A stretch of 45,469 nucleotides of DNA, taken from positions 1 to 45,469 of the forward strand of contig JAUCBJ010005094.1 of assembly GCA_032718475.1 (NCBI GenBank), given 5' to 3'. Positions within the stretch are counted from its first letter, which is position 1. Every line of letters begins with the position of its first letter. The notes under the pieces were generated by a model that was not told where the DNA came from, ran no database searches, and worked only from the letters and a program-made list of their open reading frames with translations. The DNA comes from Nemertoderma westbladi (taxonomy: Eukaryota; Animalia; Xenacoelomorpha). This document shows positions 12,801 to 26,405 of the stretch, piece by piece. The translations under genes were made by a program, and so were the position numbers.

Positions 12801-15800
12801 TAATATTAACCCATGTAATATTAACAAATGTAATATTAACCCATGTAATATTAACCCATGTAATATTAACAAATATAATATTAACAAATGTAATATTAAC
12901 CCATGTAATATTAACCCATGTAATATTAACCCATGTAATATTAACCCATGTAATATTAACCCATGGAATATTAACAAATATAATATTAACCAATGTAATA
13001 TTAACCAATGTAAAATAACCCATGTAATATTAACCCATGTAATATTAACCCATGTAATATTAACAAATATAATATTAACAAATGTAATATTAACCCATGT
13101 AATATTAACCCATGTAATATTAACAAATATAATATTAACAAATGTAATATTAACCCATGTAATATTAACCCATGTAATATTAACCCATGTAATATTAACC
13201 CATGGAATATTAACAAATATAATATTAACCAATGTAATATTAACCAATGTAAAATAACCCATGTAATATTAACCCAGGTAATATTAACCCATGTAATATT
13301 AACCCATGTAATATTAACCCATGTATTATAACCAATGTAATATTAACCCATGTAATATTAACCCATGTAATATTAACCCATATAATATTAACAAATGTAA
13401 TATTAACCCATGTAATATTAACCCATGTAAAATTAACCCATGTAATATTAACCCATGTAATATTAACCCATGTAATATTAACCAATGTAATATTAACCCA
13501 TGTAATATTAACCCATGTATTATTAACCAATGTAATATTAACCCATGTAATATTAACCCATGTAATATTAACCCATGTAATATTAACCCATGTAATATTA
13601 ACCCATGTAATATTAACAAATGTAATATTAACAAATGTAATATTAACCCATGTAATATTATCAAATGTAATATTAACAAATGTAATATTAACAAATGTAA
13701 TATTAACAAATATAATATTAACAAATGTAATATTAACCCATGTAATATTAATCCATGTAATATTAACCCATGTAATATTAACCCATGTAATATCAACCCA
13801 TGTAATATTAACAAATGTAATATTAACCCATGTAATATTAACCCATGTAATATTAATCCATGTAATATTAACCATGTAATATTAACCCATGTAATATCAA
13901 CCCATGTAATATTAACAAATGTAATATTAACCCATGTAATATTAACCCATGTAATATTAACCCATGTAATATTAACCCATGTAATATTAACAAATGTAAT
14001 ATTAACAAATGTAATATTAACCCATGTAATATTATCAAATGTAATATTAACAAATGTAATATTAACAAATGTAATATTAACAAATGTAATATTAACCCAT
14101 GTAATATTAACCCATGTAATATTAACCCATGTAATATTAACCCATGTAATATTAACAAATATAATATTAACAAATGTAATATTAACCCATGTAATATTAA
14201 CCCATTTAATATTCACCCATGTAATATTAACCCATGTAATATTAACAAATATAATATTAACAAATGTAATATTAACCCATGTAATATTAACCCATGTAAT
14301 ATTAACAAATATAATATTAACAAATGTAATATTAACCCATGTAATATTAACCCATTTAATATTCACCCATGTAATATTAATCAATGTAATATTAACCCAT
14401 GTAATATTAACAAATATAATATTAACAAATGTAATATTAACCATGTAATATTAACCCATGTAATATTAACCCATGTAATATTAACCCATGTAATATTAAC
14501 CCATGTAATATTAACCCATGTAATATTAACAAATATAATATTAACAAATGTAATATTAACCCATGTAATATTAACCCATTTAATATTCACCCATGTAATA
14601 TTAATCAATGTAATATTAACCCATGTAATATTAACAAATATAATATTAACAAATGTAATATTAACCATGTAATATTAACCCATGTAATATTAACCCATGT
14701 AATATTAACAAATGTAATATTAACCAATGTAATATTAACCCATGTAATATTAACCCATGTTATATTAACCCATGTAATATTAACCCATGTAATATTAACC
14801 CATGTAATATTAACCCATGTAATATTAACAAATATAATATTAACAAATGTAATATTAACCCATGTAATATTAACCCATGTAATATTAACAAATATAATAT
14901 TAACAAATGTAATATTAACCCATGTAATATTAACCCATGTAATATTAACCCATGTAATATTAACCCATGTAATATTAACCCATGTAATATTAACAAATAT
15001 AATATTAACAAATGTAATATTAACCCATGTAATATTAACCCATGTAATATTAACAAATATAATATTAACAAATGTAATATTAACCCATGTAATATTAACC
15101 CATGTAATATTAACCCATGTAATATTAACCCATGTAATATTAACCCATGGAATATTAACAAATATAATATTAACCAATGTAATATTAACCCATGTAATAT
15201 TAACCCATGTAATATTAACCCATATAATATTAACAAATGTAATATTAACCCATGTAATATTAACCCATGTAATATTAACCCATGTAATATTAACCCATGT
15301 AATATTAACCCATGTAATATTAACCAATGTAATATTAACCCATGTAATATTAACCCATGTATTATTAACCAATGTAATATTAACCCATGTAATATTAACC
15401 CATGTAATATTAACCCATATAATATTAACAAATGTAATATTAACCCATGTAATATTAACCCATGTAATATTAACCCATGTAATATTAACCCATGTATTAT
15501 TAACCAATGTAATATTAACCCCTGTAATATTAACCCATGTAATATTAACCCATATAATATTAACAAATGTAATATTAACCCATGTAATATTAACCCATGT
15601 AATATTAACCCATGTAATATTAACCCATGTAATATTAACCAATGTAATATTAACCCATGTAATATTAACCCATGTATTATTAACCAATGTAATATTAACC
15701 CATGTAATATTAACCCATGTAATATTAACCCATATAATATTAACAAATGTAATATTAACCCATGTAATATTAACCCATGTAATATTAACCCATGTAATAT

Positions 15801-17968
15801 TAACCCATGTAATATTAACCAATGTAATATTAACCCATGTAATATTAACAAATGTAATATTAACCCATGTAATATTAACCCATGTAATATTAATCCATGT
15901 AATATTAACCATGTAATATTAACCCATGTAATATCAACCCATGTAATATTAACAAATGTAATATTAACCCATGTAATATTAACCCATGTAATATTAACCC
16001 ATGTAATATTAACCCATGTAATATTAACAAATGTAATATTAACAAATGTAATATTAACCCATGTAATATTATCAAATGTAATATTAACAAATGTAATATT
16101 AACAAATGTAATATTAACAAATGTAATATTAACCCATGTAATATTAACCCATGTAATATTAACCCATGTAATATTAACCCATGTAATATTAACAAATATA
16201 ATATTAACAAATGTAATATTAACCCATGTAATATTAACCCATTTAATATTCACCCATGTAATATTAACCCATGTAATATTAACAAATATAATATTAACAA
16301 ATGTAATATTAACCCATGTAATATTAACCCATGTAATATTAACAAATATAATATTAACAAATGTAATATTAACCCATGTAATATTAACCCATTTAATATT
16401 CACCCATGTAATATTAATCAATGTAATATTAACCCATGTAATATTAACAAATATAATATTAACAAATGTAATATTAACCATGTAATATTAACCCATGTAA
16501 TATTAACCCATGTAATATTAACCCATGTAATATTAACCCATGTAATATTAACAAATATAATATTAACAAATGTAATATTAACCCATGTAATATTAACCCA
16601 TTTAATATTCACCCATGTAATATTAATCAATGTAATATTAACCCATGTAATATTAACAAATATAATATTAACAAATGTAATATTAACCATGTAATATTAA
16701 CCCATGTAATATTAACCCATGTAATATTAACAAATGTAATATTAACCAATGTAATATTAACCCATGTAATATTAACCCATGTTATATTAACCCATGTAAT
16801 ATTAACCCATGTAATATTAACCCATGTAATATTAACCCATGTAATATTAACAAATATAATATTAACAAATGTAATATTAACCCATGTAATATTAACCCAT
16901 GTAATATTAACAAATATAATATTAACAAATGTAATATTAACCCATGTAATATTAACCCATGTAATATTAACCCATGTAATATTAACCCATGTAATATTAA
17001 CCCATGTAATATTAACAAATATAATATTAACAAATGTAATATTAACCCATGTAATATTAACCCATGTAATATTAACAAATATAATATTAACAAATGTAAT
17101 ATTAACCCATGTAATATTAACCCATGTAATATTAACCCATGTAATATTAACCCATGGAATATTAACAAATATAATATTAACCAATGTAATATTAACCCAT
17201 GTAATATTAACCCATGTAATATTAACCCATATAATATTAACAAATGTAATATTAACCCATGTAATATTAACCCATGTAATATTAACCCATGTAATATTAA
17301 CCCATGTAATATTAACCCATGTAATATTAACCAATGTAATATTAACCCATGTAATATTAACCCATGTATTATTAACCAATGTAATATTAACCCATGTAAT
17401 ATTAACCCATGTAATATTAACCCATATAATATTAACAAATGTAATATTAACCCATGTAATATTAACCCATGTAATATTAACCCATGTAATATTAACCCAT
17501 GTATTATTAACCAATGTAATATTAACCCCTGTAATATTAACCCATGTAATATTAACCCATATAATATTAACAAATGTAATATTAACCCATGTAATATTAA
17601 CCCATGTAATATTAACCCATGTAATATTAACCCATGTAATATTAACCAATGTAATATTAACCCATGTAATATTAACCCATGTATTATTAACCAATGTAAT
17701 ATTAACCCATGTAATATTAACCCATGTAATATTAACCCATATAATATTAACAAATGTAATATTAACCCATGTAATATTAACCCATGTAATATTAACCCAT
17801 GTAATATTAACCCATGTAATATTAACCAATGTAATATTAACCCATGTAATATTAACCCATATAATATTAACAAATGTAATATTAACCCATGTAATATTAA
17901 CCAATGTAATATTAACCCATGTAATATTAACCCATGTAATATTAACCCATGTAATATCAACCCATGTA
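6892..17968. repeat. 15-bp AT-rich satellite (CATGTAATATTAACC)n, about 11.1 kb and about 740 units, with higher-order structure
   Basis: Directly visible. Palindromic TAATATTA core, recurrent variant units and occasional 14-bp units. Confidence 0.98.
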
Positions 17969-18152
17969 GTATAGATTCCATTGATCAGTCTATTCCTCAC
18001 CCGAGCAAAAAGAACGGGATGAGGAAATTAACATAGAAAATCTGAACAAGAAATTAGGTAATTCTTAGAGATAAGATTAACTATTATTATAAAACTTAAA
18101 GTAACATTAAATAGCGGCTTAAATAAAACATTACGACAACACAAAGCCAAAA

Positions 18153-20521
18153 CTATATTTTTTTAAGCAAATTCTCTAGTTTCTTTATGGTTCCAGACTC
18201 TTTATCTACTAAAGCGGAGAAGGCCTGTACGGCAGCTGATTGGCTGCTGGGTAGACTGTGGTGCATGGGGGATCTAGTCGCCCCAGCAACCGACTGACTG
18301 GGCATCTTGGCGTAGAAGATCTCGAGCAGCCCGCTCTGCTCCCCGCGTCGCAACCCCTTCATATCGAGGATCTTCTGGAAGTTATTCACGTCGAAGTCAT
18401 CGAGAAGGTTGACGTAGTTGTCGACGAAACCATCGGCGACGTCATGCGGCGACATGACGACCTTAAGGATCATCTCAGCGCGGCTCATACCCTTAATGAC
18501 GATCTTGGTGAAGCTAGTCGGGGCCTTCCTACCGATCTGGGAACCGATCTGCGGCAGCTCCAGCAGCACCGTCTTAAGCGAGTGCGTGTCCAACAGCAGC
18601 TGCTCGGCACCGACGGTGCTCACTGGTTTGCACCGGAACAACGCGTTTATAAACTTCGGTATGAAGGCGTTTACGAATCGGACGCAGAACTGGGTGAAGT
18701 ACTTCCGGACGGAGGCCAACCGGTCGCGGATCGTGGGTAACGAGAGTTTAAACTGGCCGACCATGTTGGTGACGTAGACGCCCTGGTCTCCGACGGAGTC
18801 CACACTGCGCCAGTCTACCCGCGTCATCGCTAACAGCGCCGACTCGCAACCGGTCTCCAGATCCGCGACCAGTAACCCGATGCATTGCGACACGACCCCG
18901 TGGAAGGCGTCCTGTTCCCGCGCCAGACTCACACTCTCCCGACCTCGTCCACGCAACTTCTCCCCCAGTTTCTCCTCCAGCTGTTTGCTGGTCTCCAGAC
19001 AGTACTCGGCCGTGCTGAGTATCCCGCAGACCTGTCGCACTTCCTCCCTGGAGTAGCGCGACTCACCGGAAACTCCCTCCTTCAGCAACGCCCCAACGTT
19101 CCCGTCCTTAAGACTTTCCTTCAGGATGGCGGCGAGGTTTATCCCGGAGCTCTGCGGAAGTTTCGGTAGGTTGGGGACGAGCACGCGAGTCGCGTACTCC
19201 GCCAGGTACCGTTGGAACAGTCGGGAGACGCCCAGTAACGGCTCGGGGCTCCCGAGCTGGCCGCACTCCACCATGCAGTGTTTGTAAGCGTGGAAGAGAT
19301 CCGCGCAGCTCGGGAGGACTGACTCGCTACCGAAGTCGCAACTCTCTGACAGGAATCGCTCCATCATACCCGACAGGTTTCGGTTTTGGTACTCAACGTA
19401 GACCGGCATGTGGGGCTGGAAGCAACTCGATATAAAACCGTGGAACTCCGACTCCGGCTGATTCGAGTCGGAAGGAAATCGTTTCGAGAGGAGCAGCTCG
19501 AAGTTGGTGGTCCGCTGGGTGGCGAAGAGGAGGAGTTTAACTTGAATATCGGCGGCGCGAGTCGCCATGATGGAGGAGAGTTGGTCGCGAGTTGCGCGAC
19601 AGAAGGCCACGCAGATGGTGCGACTTACGTCCCACCCGGAGGGGAACAGATGACTGAACTTGTGTTCGTAGTCCAGGAGGGAGCGCTTCAACCAGGCGTA
19701 GCGACGGTCTATCTTATCGAGCCAGGCGGCGTCCTGATTGGCTGCGAACAACACGCGATACTCGGACAGCTGGTTGTCTACGAACCAGACGAGCAGCTCC
19801 GACCGGTAACGCGTCGACAACGAGTCCAGCACCAGACACCCGTCGGCCAGCTGCTTAGAGTTAGACGCAGACCACGACTTCCCAGACTGGTAGGAGAAGA
19901 CTTCGTGGAAGTCTCCTATAATCCTGGTCCCCAAGGTCTCCTCTACAGACTTAAGACGCTCCCCGAGCTGTTTTATGTGCCGGACTTCTGCATAGGAACT
20001 AAAGTGCTGCATTACGTTCTGCGAGGCCGGCAGAACGTTCGCAACTTCCCCGTACTGTCGTTTAGGCGCTAAGTTCTCCAGCGACTCAACGCTACCCACT
20101 AGTAGATGCAAATGGTTTAGAGTTGTTATACTAGTGGTTAGGTGGCGTTTCGCGAAGTCGAGGGTTTTAATGTCACGGGTGATCTCTTTGACCATACGTT
20201 CTGACTGCTCGGCTTTTTCTTTGATACCGAGTATTTGAGCTGCGAGTTGTTCGATAGACTCTTTGGCGTCGTTGACGCAACGACTACCCTCTTCCCCAAC
20301 ATTAGTTTGACCGCGCACTACGTCCCGGATGTCGCCATCAATTCGTCGCAGTCGCATACGGATCTTAGAGACAACGTCGTCGATGTTGGCTAGACTCTGT
20401 TCCGTCGGGAACAACATGTTAATGTGGTCCACCACATTGAACTCGCGTTTATCAAGGGGGTCGTCGTTAGGGAATAGCTCCTTTATAACTTCTTCTACCT
20501 CCGGTGGGTAATTAAGATCCG
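18153..20521 (-). pseudogene. VPS53: 5'-truncated tandem duplicate of VPS53. It lacks the first 18 codons and the promoter; the rest of the ORF is intact, with the first ATG (Met53) at 20417
   Basis: Near-identical to the downstream copy at an offset of 5832 bp. Homology ends at 20521 within the PPDLNY codons. An in-frame TAA lies just upstream in the junction insert. The start listed in the ORF track (20435) is a GTG. Confidence 0.85.
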
Positions 20522-20542
20522 TTAAGATCCGATCCGGTAATT

Positions 20543-23500
20543 ATGTATTATTAACCAATGTAATATTAACCCATGTAATATTAACCCATGTAATATTAAC
20601 CCATATAATATTAACAAATGTAATATTAACCCATGTAATATTAACCCATGTAATATTAACCCATGTAATATTAACCCATGTAATATTAACCAATGTAATA
20701 TTAACCCATGTAATATTAACCCATGTATTATTAACCAATGTAATATTAACCCATGTAATATTAACCCATGTAATATTAACCCATGTAATATTAACCCATG
20801 TAATATTAACCCATGTAATATTAACAAATGTAATATTAACAAATGTAATATTAACCCATGTAATATTATCAAATGTAATATTAACAAATGTAATATTAAC
20901 AAATGTAATATTAACAAATATAATATTAACAAATGTAATATTAACCCATGTAATATTAATCCATGTAATATTAACCCATGTAATATTAACCCATGTAATA
21001 TTAACAAATGTAATATTAACCCATGTAATATTAACCCATGTAATATTAATCCATGTAATATTAACCCATGTAATATTAACAAATGTAATATTAACCCATG
21101 TAATATTAACCCATGTAATATTAATCCATGTAATATTAACCCATGTAATATTAACCCATGTAATATCAACCCATGTAATATTAACAAATGTAATATTAAC
21201 CCATGTAATATTAACCCATGTAATATTAACCCATGTAATATTAACCCATGTAATATTAACAAATGTAATATTAACAAATGTAATATTAACCCATGTAATA
21301 TTATCAAATGTAATATTAACAAATGTAATATTAACAAATGTAATATTAACAAATGTAATATTAACCCATGTAATATTAACCCATGTAATATTAACCCATG
21401 TAATATTAACCCATGTAATATTAACAAATATAATATTAACAAATGTAATATTAACCCATGTAATATTAACCCATTTAATATTCACCCATGTAATATTAAC
21501 CCATGTAATATTAACAAATATAATATTAACAAATGTAATATTAACCCATGTAATATTAACCCATGTAATATTAACAAATATAATATTAACAAATGTAATA
21601 TTAACCCATGTAATATTAACCCATTTAATATTCACCCATGTAATATTAATCAATGTAATATTAACCCATGTAATATTAACAAATATAATATTAACAAATG
21701 TAATATTAACCATGTAATATTAACCCATGTAATATTAACCCATGTAATATTAACCCATGTAATATTAACCCATGTAATATTAACAAATATAATATTAACA
21801 AATGTAATATTAACCCATGTAATATTAACCCATTTAATATTCACCCATGTAATATTAATCAATGTAATATTAACCCATGTAATATTAACAAATATAATAT
21901 TAACAAATGTAATATTAACCATGTAATATTAACCCATGTAATATTAACCCATGTAATATTAACAAATGTAATATTAACCAATGTAATATTAACCCATGTA
22001 ATATTAACCCATGTAATATTAACCAATGTAATATTAACCCATGTAATATTAACCCATGTAATATTAACAAATATAATATTAACAAATGTAATATTAACCC
22101 ATGTAATATTAACCCATGTAATATTAACAAATATAATATTAACAAATGTAATATTAACCCATGTAATATTAACCCATGTAATATTAACCCATGTAATATT
22201 AACCCATGTAATATTAACCCATGTAATATTAACCCATGTAATATTAACAAATATAATATTAACAAATGTAATATTAACCCATGTAATATTAACCCATGTA
22301 ATATTAACAAATATAATATTAACAAATGTAATATTAACCCACGTAATATTAACCCATGTAATATTAACCCATGTAATATTAACCCATGGAATATTAACAA
22401 ATATAATATTAACCAATGTAATATTAACCAATGTAATATTAACCCATGTAATATTAACCCATGTAATATTAACCCATATAATATTAACAAATGTAATATT
22501 AACCCATGTAATATTAACCCATGTAATATTAACCCATGTAATATTAACCCATGTAATATTAACCAATGTAATATTAACCCATGTAATATTAACCCATGTA
22601 TTATTAACCAATGTAATATTAACCCATGTAATATTAACCCATGTAATATTAACCCATATAATATTAACAAATGTAATATTAACCCATGTAATATTAACCC
22701 ATGTAATATTAACCCATGTAATATTAACCCATGTATTATTAACCAATGTAATATTAACCCATGTAATATTAACCCATGTAATATTAACCCATATAATATT
22801 AACAAATGTAATATTAACCCATGTAATATTAACCCATGTAATATTAACCCATGTAATATTAACCCATATAATATTAACAAATGTAATATTAACCCATGTA
22901 ATATTAACCCATGTAATATTAACCCATGTAATATTAACCCATGTAATATTAACCAATGTAATATTAACCCATGTAATATTAACCCATATAATATTAACAA
23001 ATATAATATTAACCAATGTAATATTAACCAATGTAATATTAACCCATGTAATATTAACCCATGTAATATTAACCCATATAATATTAACAAATGTAATATT
23101 AACCCATGTAATATTAACCCATGTAATATTAACCCATGTAATATTAACCCATGTAATATTAACCAATGTAATATTAACCCATGTAATATTAACCCATGTA
23201 TTATTAACCAATGTAATATTAACCCATGTAATATTAACCCATGTAATATTAACCCATATAATATTAACAAATGTAATATTAACCCATGTAATATTAACCC
23301 ATGTAATATTAACCCATGTAATATTAACCCATGTATTATTAACCAATGTAATATTAACCCATGTAATATTAACCCATGTAATATTAACCCATATAATATT
23401 AACAAATGTAATATTAACCCATGTAATATTAACCCATGTAATATTAACCCATGTAATATTAACCCATGTAATATTAACCAATGTAATATTAACCCATGTA

Positions 23501-23800
23501 ATATTAACCCATGTATTATTAACCAATGTAATATTAACCCATGTAATATTAACCCATGTAATATTAACCCATATAATATTAACAAATGTAATATTAACCC
23601 ATGTAATATTAACCCATGTAATATTAACCCATGTAATATTAACCCATGTAATATTAACCAATGTAATATTAACCCATGTAATATTAACCCATATAATATT
23701 AACAAATGTAATATTAACCCATGTAATATTAACCAATGTAATATTAACCCATGTAATATTAACCCATGTAATATTAACCCATGTAATATCAACCCATGTA
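20543..23800. repeat. Second block of the 15-bp satellite, about 3.26 kb and about 217 units
   Basis: Same unit and variants as 6892-17968. Its right boundary (...ATCAACCCATGTA|GTATAGATTCC) is identical to that of the first block. Confidence 0.98.
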
Positions 23801-23984
23801 GTATAGATTCCATTGATCAGTCTATTCCTCACCCGAGCAAAAATAACGGGATGAGGAAATTAACATAGAAAATCTGAACAAGAAATTAGGTAATTCTTAG
23901 AGATAAGATTAACTATTATTATAAAACTTAAAGTAACATTAAATAGCGGCTTAAATAAAACATTACGACAACACAAAGCCAAAA

Positions 23985-26405
23985 CTATATTTTTTTAAGC
24001 AAATTCTCTAGTTTCTTTATGGTTCCAGACTCTTTATCTACTAAAGCGGAGAAGGCCTGTACGGCAGCTGATTGGCTGCTGGGTAGACTGTGGTGCATGG
24101 GGGATCTAGTCGCCCCAGCAACCGACTGACTGGGCATCTTGGCGTAGAAGATCTCGAGCAGCCCGCTCTGCTCCCCGCGTCGCAACCCCTTCATATCGAG
24201 GATCTTCTGGAAGTTATTCACGTCGAAGTCATCGAGAAGGTTGACGTAGTTGTCGACGAAACCATCGGCGACGTCATGCGGCGACATGACGACCTTAAGG
24301 ATCATCTCAGCGCGGCTCATACCCTTAATGACGATCTTGGTGAAGCTAGTCGGGGCCTTCCTACCGATCTGGGAACCGATCTGCGGCAGCTCCAGCAGCA
24401 CCGTCTTAAGCGAGTGCGTGTCCAACAGCAGCTGCTCGGCACCGACGGTGCTCACTGGTTTGCACCGGAACAACGCGTTTATAAACTTCGGTATGAAGGC
24501 GTTTACGAATCGGACGCAGAACTGGGTGAAGTACTTCCGGACGGAGGCCAACCGGTCGCGGATCGTGGGTAACGAGAGTTTAAACTGGCCGACCATGTTG
24601 GTGACGTAGACGCCCTGGTCTCCGACGGAGTCCACACTGCGCCAGTCTACCCGCGTCATCGCTAACAGCGCCGACTCGCAACCGGTCTCCAGATCCGCGA
24701 CCAGTAACCCGATGCATTGCGACACGACCCCGTGGAAGGCGTCCTGTTCCCGCGCCAGACTCACACTCTCCCGACCTCGTCCTCGCAACTTCTCCCCCAG
24801 TTTCTCCTCCAGCTGTTTGCTGGTCTCCAGACAGTACTCGGCCGTGCTGAGTATCCCGCAGACCTGTCGCACTTCCTCCCTGGAGTAGCGCGACTCACCG
24901 GAAACTCCCTCCTTCAGCAACGCCCCAACGTTCCCGTCCTTAAGACTTTCCTTCAGGATGGCGGCGAGGTTTATCCCGGAGCTCTGCGGAAGTTTCGGTA
25001 GGTTGGGGACGAGCACGCGAGTCGCGTACTCCGCCAGGTACCGTTGGAACAGTCGGGAGACGCCCAGTAACGGCTCGGGGCTCCCGAGCTGGCCGCACTC
25101 CACCATGCAGTGTTTGTAAGCGTGGAAGAGATCCGCGCAGCTCGGGAGGACTGACTCGCTACCGAAGTCGCAACTCTCTGACAGGAATCGCTCCATCATA
25201 CCCGACAGGTTTCGGTTTTGGTACTCAACGTAGACCGGCATGTGGGGCTGGAAGCAACTCGATATGAAACCGTGGAACTCCGACTCCGGCTGATTCGAGT
25301 CGGAAGGAAATCGTTTCGAGAGGAGCAGCTCGAAGTTGGTGGTCCGCTGGGTGGCGAAGAGGAGGAGTTTAACTTGAATATCGGCGGCGCGAGTCGCCAT
25401 GATGGAGGAGAGTTGGTCGCGAGTTGTGCGACAGAAGGCCACGCAGATGGTGCGACTTACGTCCCACCCGGAGGGGAACAGATGACTGAACTTGTGTTCG
25501 TAGTCCAGGAGGGAGCGCTTCAACCAGGCGTAGCGACGGTCTATCTTATCGAGCCAGGCGGCGTCCTGATTGGCTGCGAACAACACGCGATACTCGGACA
25601 GCTGGTTGTCTACGAACCAGACGAGCAGCTCCGACCGGTAACGCGTCGACAACGAGTCCAGCACCAGACACCCGTCGGCCAGCTGCTTAGAGTTAGACGC
25701 AGACCACGACTTCCCAGACTGGTAGGAGAAGACTTCGTGGAAGTCTCCTATAATCCTGGTCCCCAAGGTCTCCTCTACAGACTTAAGACGCTCCCCGAGC
25801 TGTTTTATGTGCCGGACTTCTGCATAGGAACTAAAGTGCTGCATTACGTTCTGCGAGGCCGGCAGAACGTTCGCAACTTCCCCGTACTGTCGTTTAGGCG
25901 CTAAGTTCTCCAACGACTCAACGCTACCCACTAGTAGATGCAAATGGTTTAGAGTTGTTATACTAGTGGTTAGGTGGCGTTTCGCGAAGTCGAGGGTTTT
26001 AATGTCACGGGTGATCTCTTTGACCATACGTTCTGACTGCTCGGCTTTTTCTTTGATACCGAGTATTTGAGCTGCGAGTTGTTCGATAGATTCTTTGGCG
26101 TCGTTGACGCAACGACTACCCTCTTCCCCAACATTAGTTTGACCGCGCACTACGTCCCGGATGTCGCCATCAATTCGTCGCAGTCGCATACGGATCTTAG
26201 AGACAACGTCGTCGATGTTGGCTAGACTCTGTTCCGTCGGGAACAACATGTTAATGTGGTCCACCACATTGAACTCGCGTTTATCAAGGGGGTCGTCGTT
26301 AGGGAATAGCTCCTTTATAACTTCTTCTACCTCCGGTGGGTAATTAAGATCCGGCGGTAAATTGAGATCATCCAACACACTTGTATCCTTCTCGGTGTCC
26401 ATCAC
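23985..26405 (-). CDS. VPS53: Vacuolar protein sorting-associated protein 53 homolog (GARP/EARP tethering complex subunit), 806 aa, intron-free CDS
   Basis: Recognisable conserved Vps53 motifs: DPLD...INMLFPTEQSLANIDDVV, MVKEITRDIKTLDFAKRHLTTSITTLNHL, AWLDKIDRRYAWLKR, GAEQLLLDTHSLKTVLL and FQKILDMKGL. Full-length size. Confidence 0.97.
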   Translation of the reverse strand: MMDTEKDTSVLDDLNLPPDLNYPPEVEEVIKELFPNDDPLDKREFNVVDHINMLFPTEQSLANIDDVVSKIRMRLRRIDGDIRDVVRGQTNVGEEGSRCVNDAKESIEQLAAQILGIKEKAEQSERMVKEITRDIKTLDFAKRHLTTSITTLNHLHLLVGSVESLENLAPKRQYGEVANVLPASQNVMQHFSSYAEVRHIKQLGERLKSVEETLGTRIIGDFHEVFSYQSGKSWSASNSKQLADGCLVLDSLSTRYRSELLVWFVDNQLSEYRVLFAANQDAAWLDKIDRRYAWLKRSLLDYEHKFSHLFPSGWDVSRTICVAFCRTTRDQLSSIMATRAADIQVKLLLFATQRTTNFELLLSKRFPSDSNQPESEFHGFISSCFQPHMPVYVEYQNRNLSGMMERFLSESCDFGSESVLPSCADLFHAYKHCMVECGQLGSPEPLLGVSRLFQRYLAEYATRVLVPNLPKLPQSSGINLAAILKESLKDGNVGALLKEGVSGESRYSREEVRQVCGILSTAEYCLETSKQLEEKLGEKLRGRGRESVSLAREQDAFHGVVSQCIGLLVADLETGCESALLAMTRVDWRSVDSVGDQGVYVTNMVGQFKLSLPTIRDRLASVRKYFTQFCVRFVNAFIPKFINALFRCKPVSTVGAEQLLLDTHSLKTVLLELPQIGSQIGRKAPTSFTKIVIKGMSRAEMILKVVMSPHDVADGFVDNYVNLLDDFDVNNFQKILDMKGLRRGEQSGLLEIFYAKMPSQSVAGATRSPMHHSLPSSQSAAVQAFSALVDKESGTIKKLENLLKKI

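Noticed and set aside
6862-23832. Long ORFs of VILTH, VNITW, LILHG and CNINP repeats
   Set aside because: They are translations of a 15-bp satellite whose unit length is a multiple of 3. Frames switch at 14-bp units on both strands.
18258-26343. Plus-strand ORFs overlapping the VPS53 copies
   Set aside because: Antisense shadows of a GC-rich CDS with no recognisable motifs.
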